Shown here piece by piece: positions 6,177 through 13,917 of a stretch of DNA of 17,008 nt (position 1 is the stretch's first letter; each line of letters opens with the position of its first letter). A program made the position numbers and the translations under genes. The DNA is from Polyangiaceae bacterium (GTDB lineage: Bacteria; Myxococcota_A; Polyangia; Polyangiales; Polyangiaceae): assembly GCA_020848455.1 (NCBI GenBank), contig JADLAB010000166.1:1-17008 (forward strand). Reading direction: 5' to 3'. The notes beneath the pieces were generated by a model. It did not search any database. It saw only the letters and a list, made by a program, of their open reading frames with translations, and had not been told where the DNA came from.

Positions 6177-8366
6177 TCAGCCGCCGCCCGGCGGCACGTC
6201 CCCGACGCCGAGCTTCTTCGCCTGCTCGAGCAGGGCCTGGAGCTTGCCCTTCAGGGCGTCGTCCTTGCCGCCCATGGCGCGGCTGATGAGCGAGGCGAGC
6301 GTCTGGGCCTTCTCGCTCCCGCCGCCGCTCGAGACGAGGCCCGCGATCTCCTTGCCGAGCCCGCCGCCCTTGCCGAGGTCGCGGAGCGCGCCCTGCAGCA
6401 CCGTCGAGTGGTCGACGGCGCCGTCGATGGCCTGCCCGAGCGACACGGCGCGGATGAAGCGGTCGAAGAACTGGCCGTCTCCGCCCACGATGTTGATGTG
6501 GGCCTGACCGAGGGCCTTGGCCAGCACCTCGGCCTGCTTGTCGGCCATCTCGACGCGCGTCTTCAGGGTCTCGAGCGCCACCTGCCGCTCGACGTCGAGC
6601 TTCAGGCGGAACTCCTCGTGCTCGCGGCCCGCGCCGTCGAGCGCCTTCATCGCGTTGGCCTTCTCGGCGAGCCCGGTCGCCTCGGCCAGCATCTTCTTCT
6701 GGATGGCGACGGCCTCGGCCTCGCGCCCGGTCGCCTCGGCCAGCATGCGCTCGCGGATCGCGGTCGCCTGCGCGTGCCCGACCTTCTCGATCGCGCCCGC
6801 CTCGGTGTCCTTGATCTTCACGCCCGCGAGGCCCTTCTGCTCGATGCCGAGCGCCTCGGCGAGCTCCTTCTCGCGGATGTTCTGGCCGATGACCTTGCCC
6901 TCGCGCTCGAGCAGCGAGAGCTCGGCCTCGCGCACGCGCACCTTGGCCAGGCCCTGCTTCTCGATGGCCTGCGCCTCGCCCTCGCGCACGCGCACCTCGG
7001 CGAGGCCCGGCGCCGCGTGCTCGGCCTGCACGCCCTCGGACAGGCGCATCTTGGCGCGCGCGTCGCGGTCGGCGGCCTCGAGCTCGGCGTCGGCGAGCGT
7101 GAGGCGGCGCCGCGCCTGGAACTTCGCGACCTCCTCCATCGCCTCGGCCTGCTTGATCTCCTTGACGAGGCCCTGCTGCGCCTCGGCCTCGGCGCCGGTG
7201 ATGCGCGTCTCCTTGTCGCGCTTGGCGCCGGCGAAGGCGCGGATGTCCTTGGTCGCCTCCTCTTCCTCGGCCACGCCCTTCTCGACCGACACGCGCTCGC
7301 GGATGATCTCGGCGATCTTGCGCTTGCGGCCCTGGATCTCGGCGTCGCGCTCGATCTCGCTCTCCTGCACGGCGCGCGTGCGGCCCACGTCCTCGACCTC
7401 GCGCGCCTTCGACACGCGCACCTGCTCGACCGCGAGCTCGCGCAGGCGCGCCTGCTCGGCCAGCATCACGTCGCGCTGCCGGTTCTGCTCGGCGGTCTGC
7501 GCCTTGGTGAGCGCCTCTTCCTGGCGGAGCTTGGTCTGCAGCTCCTCCTGGATGCGCATGCGGTGCGCCTCGTTCTGCTGCTGGGTCTGCGCGACCGAGA
7601 CCTCCTTGTTCTTCTTCGCCTCGGCCTCGGAGCGCTGCTGCTCGTAGCGGAAGATGGCCTCGTCGGAGGCGAGGTTCTGCTTGCCGAGCTCCATGCGCTC
7701 CTTCTGCTTGAGCTCGTTGGTCTGGATGTTCTGCTTGGTCGTGATGTCGGTGATCTTGCGGATGCCGTCCGCGTCGAGGATGTTCTGCGGGTCGAGCGAC
7801 TCGAGCGGCGTCTGCTCGACGTAGTCGATGGCGGCGTCCTCGAGGGCGTAGCCGTTGAGGTCGCGGCCGATGATCTTGATGATCTCGTCGCGGAACTTCT
7901 CGCGCTGCGTGTAGAGCTGGTCGAAGTCGAGCTGCTTGCCGACGCTCTTCAAGGCCTCGGCGAACTTCGCCGTGAAGAGCTCCTCGAGGGTCGTCTTGTC
8001 GCTGGCGCGGTGGCAGCCGATCGACTGGGCGACCTTCAAGACGTCCTCGACCGTCTTGTTCACGCGCACGAAGAAGGTGACCTTGATGTCGGCGCGGATG
8101 TTGTCGCGGCAGATGAGACCCTCGGCCCCGCGCCGGTCGATGTCGACCGTCTTGACCGAGATGTCCATCACCTCGGCGCGGTGCACGATCGGCCACACGA
8201 CCCCGCCCGTGAACGTCACCTGGGGCTCGTCCTTCATCTTGTTGATGACGAGCGCCTGGCCCTGGTTCACCTGGCGATAGAAGCGCGCGACCAGGATCAG
8301 CATGCCCACGATGACGACGACCAAGGAGCCGCCGGCAATCAACGCGATGAGTAGCTCTGGCTTCAT
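6177..8366 (-). CDS. SPFH/Band-7 flotillin-family protein (YqiK/FloT-like), 729 aa
   Basis: N-terminal TM segment MKPELLIALIAGGSLVVVIVGMLILVARFY, then an SPFH core (QALVINKMKDEPQVTFTGGVVWPIVHRAEVMDISVKTVDI...IRADIKVTFFVRV). A long Glu/Ala/Lys/Gln-rich coiled-coil follows, with periodic EA repeats (EAGAIEK..., LAEATG x2). The ATG is at 8366, 18 nt after the upstream gene's stop. Overlapping ORFs 6001..8196, 6153..8354 and 6517..7647 are artefacts. Confidence 0.85.
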   Translation of the reverse strand: MKPELLIALIAGGSLVVVIVGMLILVARFYRQVNQGQALVINKMKDEPQVTFTGGVVWPIVHRAEVMDISVKTVDIDRRGAEGLICRDNIRADIKVTFFVRVNKTVEDVLKVAQSIGCHRASDKTTLEELFTAKFAEALKSVGKQLDFDQLYTQREKFRDEIIKIIGRDLNGYALEDAAIDYVEQTPLESLDPQNILDADGIRKITDITTKQNIQTNELKQKERMELGKQNLASDEAIFRYEQQRSEAEAKKNKEVSVAQTQQQNEAHRMRIQEELQTKLRQEEALTKAQTAEQNRQRDVMLAEQARLRELAVEQVRVSKAREVEDVGRTRAVQESEIERDAEIQGRKRKIAEIIRERVSVEKGVAEEEEATKDIRAFAGAKRDKETRITGAEAEAQQGLVKEIKQAEAMEEVAKFQARRRLTLADAELEAADRDARAKMRLSEGVQAEHAAPGLAEVRVREGEAQAIEKQGLAKVRVREAELSLLEREGKVIGQNIREKELAEALGIEQKGLAGVKIKDTEAGAIEKVGHAQATAIRERMLAEATGREAEAVAIQKKMLAEATGLAEKANAMKALDGAGREHEEFRLKLDVERQVALETLKTRVEMADKQAEVLAKALGQAHINIVGGDGQFFDRFIRAVSLGQAIDGAVDHSTVLQGALRDLGKGGGLGKEIAGLVSSGGGSEKAQTLASLISRAMGGKDDALKGKLQALLEQAKKLGVGDVPPGGG

Positions 8367-8384
8367 CCCCTGCTTCCTCCGACC

Positions 8385-9296
8385 TCAGTCTGCATGCCGC
8401 GAGCCCGTGCGTGAGCCCGCCTCGTCCTCGGCCGCGGCCCCGAGCGCCGCGTCGTCCGCGCCGGGTGCGGCCGGCGGCTCGTCGGCCGCGCGCACCCCCT
8501 GACTCCGCCTCGCGCCGGGCACCACGTCCTCGTAGGGCTCGACGATGTAGGCCTCGCGCGCGTCGTCGTACTCCAGAATGAGCACGTGGTCACCGCGGCG
8601 CGTCGCGAGCTTGCCCGACGTGGCGCGCACCTGCACGACGAGCCCCGCCTGGCCGTCGTCGATGAGCGCCTGGCCGAAGGTGTCGGTGACCTCGCCGGTC
8701 TGCACCTCGCACACGCTGCCGACGAAGTCCTGGCGCCGCTTGCCGCTGTGCGTCTTGAAGTACCGGCCGATGGGTCGCACCGTCACCGAGGTCATGAGCA
8801 GCGCGAGCACGAACGACGCGAGCATCACGCCGAGCCCCGACACCCAGCCCGGGACCGGCACGACGGGCGCGAGGTGGCGCATGCCGAAGAAGGACAGCAG
8901 CCAGCCGTAGAGCGTCACGAAGGAGGTGACGACCGTGATGGGCGCATCGCGCAGCCGGAGCGCGCCGAGCAGGCCCGTCGAGCCGGCGTCCGCGTGGCCG
9001 GCGTGCTCGGCGCCGCCCTCCGCCCCGGCGTGCGCGTGCTCGGCGCCGCCCTCGAGGGCCCCGTGGTGTCCCGCCGCGGCGTCGACCGCGCCGTGCGCGC
9101 CGTGCGCACCGTCGAGCCCCGCCGTGAGCCCCTCCGCCCCGGCGCCCTCGAGCGCGCCGTCGCCGCCGGCGTGGTGGAAGAGGTCGATGTCGAGCGCGCC
9201 GAGGATGACGAACAGCCAGTAAAGGAGGACGACGGCCAGCATCACCGTGTAGATGACCGTCGGAAACCCCAGGATGGCTGTGAGCAGCTCGGACAT
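8385..9296 (-). CDS. YqiJ/NfeD-like membrane protein (partner of the SPFH protein), 303 aa
   Basis: MSELLTAILGFPTVIYTVMLAVVLLYWLFVILGALDIDLF (TM), a His/Gly/Ala-rich low-complexity linker (GAEHAHAGAEGGAEHAGHADAG), further TM helices, then a C-terminal soluble domain (FVGSVCEVQTGEVTDTFGQALIDDGQAGLVVQVRATSGKLATRRGDHVLILEYDDAREAYIVEP) typical of the NfeD OB-fold. The gene order, this gene then flotillin, matches E. coli yqiJ-yqiK. The start was counted from the 8385..10781 ORF frame; the upstream 495 codons of that ORF are junk. Confidence 0.65.
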   Translation of the reverse strand: MSELLTAILGFPTVIYTVMLAVVLLYWLFVILGALDIDLFHHAGGDGALEGAGAEGLTAGLDGAHGAHGAVDAAAGHHGALEGGAEHAHAGAEGGAEHAGHADAGSTGLLGALRLRDAPITVVTSFVTLYGWLLSFFGMRHLAPVVPVPGWVSGLGVMLASFVLALLMTSVTVRPIGRYFKTHSGKRRQDFVGSVCEVQTGEVTDTFGQALIDDGQAGLVVQVRATSGKLATRRGDHVLILEYDDAREAYIVEPYEDVVPGARRSQGVRAADEPPAAPGADDAALGAAAEDEAGSRTGSRHAD

Positions 9297-9449
9297 CGTC
9301 CCCCGCCGCCGCGGCGGCACGCGCGGGAACTTCGAACGGTCCGGGGCGGGACGCAACCACGTCGCGCACGGTCTCGCACGGTACGAGCCCGTCTTCGAGC
9401 CTCGGCTTCGGGCGCCCGTTCGTGCGAGACTCGCCGCCGGAGCACCGGC

Positions 9450-10832
9450 ATGAGCGACGCGGCCGACCCGACCCTCGACGTCACGACCTTCCTGCGCCAG
9501 GTGCCGCTCTTCGCGGCGCTGCCCGAGGACGAGCTCGCGGCGCTCGCGGCGCTGGCGGAGCTCGTGCGCGTCGGCGCCGGGGAGACGGTGTTCCGGCAGG
9601 GCGACGCCGGCGACCGCATGTTCGTCGTCGTGCACGGGCAAGTCCTCATCGAGCGCGAGGCGCCCGACGAGCCGCCGATCACGCTCGTGACCCTCGGGTC
9701 GAAGCAGTTCTTCGGCGAGATGGCGCTCTTCGACGACGTGCGGCGCTCGGCCACGGCGCGGAGCTACGGCAAATCGAGCCTGCTCGTGAGCGTGAGCCGC
9801 GAGGTGTTCACGGGCCTGTTGCGGCGCGACATCGGCATCGCCCTGCACGTGATCCGCGGGCAGAGCCAGCGCCTGCGCGAGCTCAACGAGCGCTTCGTCG
9901 ACGTCGACCGGGAGGCGAAGCGCCACGCGCCCGCGCTCGAGGAGATCGTCGAGGAGGAGTACCCGCACCCCATCGCCATCGTGCACCAGGAGATGGTCTT
10001 CGCGGCCGACGCGGGCACGAAGCTCCGGCGCGCGCTCGAGCTCACCGAGGTGGTGCTGCTCTACACGGCGTCGCTCGCCCGGGCGGCCTACGTGGCCCAC
10101 GGCGTGCCCGACCCGGAGATCGACGCCGAGCTCGCGGCCGGCCAGCGCGCCTCGACGCTCGGCTCGCTGCACCGCATCCTGCGCCTCGCGACGGGCTACC
10201 TCGTCACCGGGCAGGGGGTCGGGGGCATCGCGCGCGCGCTCCACGCCTGGCACCAGCAGAAGAAGAGCGGCGCGAAGGTCGTGGTGCAGCTGCTCGACGA
10301 CGTCACGACGCTGCGCAACGAGCTGAAGCACGGCTCCGAGGCCTCGCTCGACGAGGCGGCCGCGGCGCGGCTCCTCGGCGGGCTTCTGCCCAAGGTGACG
10401 CGCCTGGTCGAGTCGCTCGACTTCCTGCGCGGCTACCCGCTCGCGTGCGTGCAGGGCATGACCTTCTGCGACGGTGCCTTTCGGTACTCGCTGCAGATGT
10501 GCCGCGGCGCCTTCCGCTCCTTCCGCACCGAGACCTTCGGCCACCCCGAGCCGCTCGAGACCCACAAGCTCTACCTGCTCGACCGCGAGGGCGGCCGGCC
10601 GCTCGCGCTCTACCCCTGGATGGGGCTCTACCGCTGCGACACCTGCGGCGATCGCGACATCTTCCTGACGCAGAAGTGGTCGTCGCGGCGCGTGGACGGC
10701 ATCGAGTTCGGTCGCGGCCACCGCTACGTCGTCAAGGAGCCCGGGGCGCTCGTGGCCAAGCTCGCCGACGAGCTGTTCCACCGCACGCGCGGGGCGGCGG
10801 GGCAGGACCCTGGGGCGACACCGGGCCGATGA
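9450..10832 (+). CDS. Cyclic-nucleotide-binding (CAP-family cNMP) domain protein with an uncharacterised ~300-aa C-terminal region
   Basis: MSDAADPTLDVTTFLRQVPLFAALPEDELAALAALAELVRVGAGETVFRQGDAGDRMFVVVHGQVLIEREA...FFGEMALFDDVRRSATARSYGKSSLLVSVSRE. This carries a canonical phosphate-binding cassette (FGE.AL.....RSAT..A). The C-terminal region has no HTH and no family I recognise. It contains LRNELKHGS (Rx4H) and a Cys cluster CVQGMTFC ... CDTC. The ATG at 9450 is in frame with the 8586..10832 ORF; ORF 9422..11005 is Arg-rich junk. Confidence 0.75.
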   Translation: MSDAADPTLDVTTFLRQVPLFAALPEDELAALAALAELVRVGAGETVFRQGDAGDRMFVVVHGQVLIEREAPDEPPITLVTLGSKQFFGEMALFDDVRRSATARSYGKSSLLVSVSREVFTGLLRRDIGIALHVIRGQSQRLRELNERFVDVDREAKRHAPALEEIVEEEYPHPIAIVHQEMVFAADAGTKLRRALELTEVVLLYTASLARAAYVAHGVPDPEIDAELAAGQRASTLGSLHRILRLATGYLVTGQGVGGIARALHAWHQQKKSGAKVVVQLLDDVTTLRNELKHGSEASLDEAAAARLLGGLLPKVTRLVESLDFLRGYPLACVQGMTFCDGAFRYSLQMCRGAFRSFRTETFGHPEPLETHKLYLLDREGGRPLALYPWMGLYRCDTCGDRDIFLTQKWSSRRVDGIEFGRGHRYVVKEPGALVAKLADELFHRTRGAAGQDPGATPGR

Positions 10833-10875
10833 TCGTCCCGCGCCTCGGCGGGCGCGCCGTCGCCCGCGAGCGTCC

Positions 10876-10922
10876 GGGCTCGGCGCGCTCGGCGCCGCGC
10901 GTCAGGGCTCCGCGCCGAGCCG
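10876..10922. terminator. Imperfect GC-rich inverted repeat at a convergent gene junction
   Basis: gggctcggcgcg ... cgcgccgagcc(g), with 11 of 12 positions complementary and a ~23-nt spacer. It spans the 10832/10902 convergent stops and overlaps the last codons of the minus-strand gene. There is no T-tract. Confidence 0.15.
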
Positions 10923-12533
10923 CTCGTGCAGCGTGCGCCGCTCACCCGGCCCGAGCGACACCTGGAGCCGCTTCTTCGCGCCGGTCGTGCGGTCGAGCAA
11001 GATGAGCACGTGGTTTCCGGGCCGCAGCCGGAGCCCCGCGACCGGTGTCTGCTTGCCCGTGTCGACGCCGTCGACGAGGACGGCGCAGGGTGGGGTCGCG
11101 TCGATGTCGAGAACGCCGTCGTCGCGCAGCTGCACGTCCGCGGCCCCGACCGCGCGCCCGCTCGCCGCCGCGTCCGCGACGACCGGCAGATCGGCCGCGC
11201 CGAGCGGGCCCCCGTGCTGCTTGATCCAGGCCTCGAGCTGGGCCCTCAGCCGCGGCGCCGCCTGCTTTCTGTAGGCGTTCTCCGCCGCGGCGTCGGCGTC
11301 GAGCTCGACCTGGCGCCCGCGCGCGTAGCGCTCCGCGGCGGCGATCGTCTCGCCGTGCGCGACTCCCGTGGCGACCGAGCCTGCCACGTCGACGTCGGGG
11401 CTGCGCGCCACCACGCGCAGGTTCTCGAGCTCGCCGAAGGCCCAGGCGACCTTCGCCTCGCGGTACGAGGCGCGGAGCAGCGCCGGCGTCACGGCGAGCG
11501 GCGGCGCGTGGCTCGGGCCGCTACCGTGGCGCTCGAGCGTGAGCCCATCTTCGGCCGTGCGCTGCCAGGCGAGCTCCTCCGGGTCGGGCTCGACCGGCCG
11601 CGGCGCGAGGGCTCGCGAGCGCCCCACCTTGCCGGACGCGTAGCGAGGGTCGACCTCGACGTCATTGCCGACCTCGAGATCGACCTCGAGCGGCTGCGCT
11701 CCCACCGACACGACGCGCGCCGTCCAGCGCCCGCCCGCGCGCCATACCGCATCCGGAATGGGCAGCTCGCGCGCGTCGACCGCCCACAGCGTGTGGCACG
11801 CGGCGGTCGTGCCGGGCGCGTGCAGCCAGCGGTCGGCGTTGTCGCCTGCCTCGTAACCGCCGGCCCAGGTGCGTCGCGTCCCCTCGGGCTCGCTCGTCAC
11901 CTCGGTCGCGCCCGAGTGCCACGTGATGCGGGTCGGCGGCTCGGTGCCGTAGTCGGCGTACACCCGCGCGAGCGTGAGCCCGTGCCCGTCGGGCCGGAGC
12001 ACGACGTGCGCGCCGTCGTGGCGGAAGCCGAACACGCGCTCGGTGCGCGGCGGCGGCGCCGCCTCGCCGCCCGACTCCGAGAAACAATGGCTGCGCAGCA
12101 CCGTGAGCTCCTCGACCACGGTGCGCGTGCCGCCGTCGCCCACGACCTCGATCTCGTACGTGCCGGGCGGCAGCAAGAGGTGCTGCGGCTCCGGCCCGAG
12201 CTCGGCCTTGGCGACGACCGCGCCCTCGCGCAGCGCCGCGACGACCCCGCTGGCCTCGCCCAGGCGCTCGACCTTCAGCACGAGCGCGCCGTCCTGCTCG
12301 CCCGCCGGGGTCGTGCGTACCTGTGGAGCGGCGCGCCGCGCCTCGGCCCCAGCGCCAGGCCGAGCGTGCTCTGGTGGCGGCGTATGGCACCCGGCGAGCG
12401 CCGCCGCGGCGAGCACGACCGCGCCGCACGCCGTTCCGAGGCGCCGGACACCCTCGTGTCGGTGCTCGTGTCGGCGCTCGTGTCGGCGCTCGTGTCGGAC
12501 CTCGGGTCCGTGCTCATCCTCGTGCGCGTGCAT
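10902..12533 (-). CDS. PEGA-domain lipoprotein with a His/Arg/Glu-rich repeat N-terminus
   Basis: The ATG at 12533 is preceded by GGAGG 6 nt upstream (ccggaGGAGGtgtggcATG). MHAHEDEHGPEVRHERRHERRHEHRHEGVRRLGTACGAVVLAAAALAGC (lipobox LAGC) ... C-terminal PEGA-like segment PPCAVLVDGVDTGKQTPVAGLRLRPGNHVLILLDRTTGAKKRLQVSL. An earlier PEGA-like stretch reads LLLPPGTYEIEVVGDGG. The track start at 12599 is GTG and lacks an SD. Confidence 0.6.
   Translation of the reverse strand: MHAHEDEHGPEVRHERRHERRHEHRHEGVRRLGTACGAVVLAAAALAGCHTPPPEHARPGAGAEARRAAPQVRTTPAGEQDGALVLKVERLGEASGVVAALREGAVVAKAELGPEPQHLLLPPGTYEIEVVGDGGTRTVVEELTVLRSHCFSESGGEAAPPPRTERVFGFRHDGAHVVLRPDGHGLTLARVYADYGTEPPTRITWHSGATEVTSEPEGTRRTWAGGYEAGDNADRWLHAPGTTAACHTLWAVDARELPIPDAVWRAGGRWTARVVSVGAQPLEVDLEVGNDVEVDPRYASGKVGRSRALAPRPVEPDPEELAWQRTAEDGLTLERHGSGPSHAPPLAVTPALLRASYREAKVAWAFGELENLRVVARSPDVDVAGSVATGVAHGETIAAAERYARGRQVELDADAAAENAYRKQAAPRLRAQLEAWIKQHGGPLGAADLPVVADAAASGRAVGAADVQLRDDGVLDIDATPPCAVLVDGVDTGKQTPVAGLRLRPGNHVLILLDRTTGAKKRLQVSLGPGERRTLHERLGAEP
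12452..12523 (-). repeat. 12-nt tandem repeat CTCGTGTCGG(C/T)G, four good copies plus two degenerate, encoding (HERR)n in the lipoprotein N-terminus
   Basis: Plus strand: ctcgtgtcggtg ctcgtgtcggcg ctcgtgtcggcg ctcgtgtcggac ctcgggtccgtg ctcatcctcgtg. In the gene's frame this encodes RHERRHERRHEHRHE. The unit is a multiple of 3, so copy-number change preserves the reading frame. Confidence 0.7.
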
Positions 12534-12700
12534 GCCACACCTCCGGAGGTAGCTGCCCCTCGAGGGGACCGGGCGGACAAATAGCGACCATGTGGTCACG
12601 AGTCAACGGCCGCCCCCCGGGCGAGCGCTGGCAGAGCAGGGTTGCGACGCGGTCGCTGGGCCAGCAGCCGACGGCCGACGGAGAGTCGCTTCTTCCGAGA

Positions 12701-13609
12701 CTAGTACGGCGCGGTGAGGTCCGCGGCGATGGCGAAGTGGTCCGAGGGGTACCGGTCCTCGGCGCCGTACACGAAGAGGTCGACCACCCACGAGCTCACC
12801 TGCCACGGCGCCGAGCCCGCCCGCGCGCCGAGGAACAGGTGGTCGATGCGCTCGGCGAGATCGTAGGCGGGCACGGGCGCCTGGTTGCTCGCGACGTGCC
12901 ACTCGTCGGCGAGCGCCTGGGCGTCGTCGAAGGCGTCGGTGAGGGTCGCGTAGGCGGCGGTCGCCGGCTTCGAGTTGAAGTCGCCGACGAGCATGCCCGG
13001 CACGTCGGCGAGCCACGGCGTCGTGCGCTCGACGGCGAGCGGCGCGGACAGCTCCTGACTCGGGGCGTTGTTGTCGAAGTGCGTGCTCGCGAAGTAGAGC
13101 TGCCGGCGGCTCGCGAGATCGCGCAGCACCGTCCAGGCGACGAGCCGCGGCACCTGCTGGGGCGCGAAGCCGGTCGAGCTCGGCACGTCGGGCGTCGGGC
13201 TCAGCCAGTAGAAGCCGCTCGCTGCGAGCTCGAAGCGCGACGTGCGGTAGAACACCGAGGCGTCCGGGTAGGCGAACACGCTCTCCGGGGCCTGGTAGAA
13301 GACGGGCGCGTAGGCATCAGGCAGGACGGCGAGGATCTGCTGGACCTCCGGCCGGAGCGCCAGCTCCTGCAAGCCCAGCAGATCCGGATCGTGGCGGGCG
13401 AACAGATCCTCGAAGGCGACGAGGCGCTCGTCCCAGGTGTCGTAGGCGTCGAGCCCGCAGAACGAGCAGAGCACGTTGAAGGTGAGCGCGCGGAAGGGCA
13501 CCGGCGGGCCGGGCGGAGGCTCGGGCTCGTCGGGCGTCGAGCTGCAGCCCGCGAGCGCCGCTGCGGCTCCGAGCGCGAAGAGGAGCCGGGTGGGGGTCGT
13601 GCGGGACAT
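12701..13609 (-). CDS. Endonuclease/exonuclease/phosphatase (EEP) family lipoprotein
   Basis: MSRTTPTRLLFALGAAAALAGCSS (signal peptide with lipobox LAGC). EEP motifs are present: LTFNV, GLQEL (catalytic Glu), VGDFNS, HFDNN and SDHFAIAADL. Confidence 0.75.
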   Translation of the reverse strand: MSRTTPTRLLFALGAAAALAGCSSTPDEPEPPPGPPVPFRALTFNVLCSFCGLDAYDTWDERLVAFEDLFARHDPDLLGLQELALRPEVQQILAVLPDAYAPVFYQAPESVFAYPDASVFYRTSRFELAASGFYWLSPTPDVPSSTGFAPQQVPRLVAWTVLRDLASRRQLYFASTHFDNNAPSQELSAPLAVERTTPWLADVPGMLVGDFNSKPATAAYATLTDAFDDAQALADEWHVASNQAPVPAYDLAERIDHLFLGARAGSAPWQVSSWVVDLFVYGAEDRYPSDHFAIAADLTAPY

Positions 13610-13917
13610 GATGAGAAAGATACACCCACCGCACGTGGCCGACAGTGGCAGGGGGTCGATCGGCGTCGTTCAGCAGCCGGCGCCGTAGTCGGGCGTCTCG
13701 GCGCCCACGTCCTACCCGGGGCCAGGCTTCGCCCGCGTGGCCAACGGGTCGAATCGCCTGCGCTCCACGGCTCGAAGCGCCTACACTCGCCCGCGAACGT
13801 GGGCTCGATCCACGCCATGTACGACGGCGATCCCCCGACCCCCGAGGGCCTTCACAGATGGCCCTTCTTCATCCCCAAGCTCGGTCCCGAGCGCGCACCG
13901 GGGCCGGTGCCGTCGCC

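Noticed and set aside
6001-8354. Large ORFs 6001..8196 (-), 6153..8354 (+) and 6517..7647 (+) overlapping the flotillin gene
   Set aside because: They are alternative-frame or antisense products with Arg-rich or Leu/Ala/Gly-only composition. The flotillin frame, 6177..8366 on the minus strand, has the SPFH domain, a TM helix and a sensible start.
9297-10781. Upstream 495 codons of the 798-aa ORF 8385..10781 (-)
   Set aside because: This is antisense to the cNMP-binding gene with Glu/Arg/Leu/Ala-only composition. The membrane protein starts at the internal ATG (MSELLTAILG...).
9422-11005. 527-aa plus-strand ORF
   Set aside because: An Arg/Gly/Ala-rich frame that overlaps the well-supported cNMP-binding frame 9450..10832.
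11662-12429. 255-aa minus-strand ORF
   Set aside because: An Arg/Gly-rich (RGRARRGGARR...) alternative frame inside the lipoprotein gene.
10926-12584. 552-aa plus-strand ORF
   Set aside because: Antisense to the PEGA lipoprotein. It is Arg-rich with no motifs.
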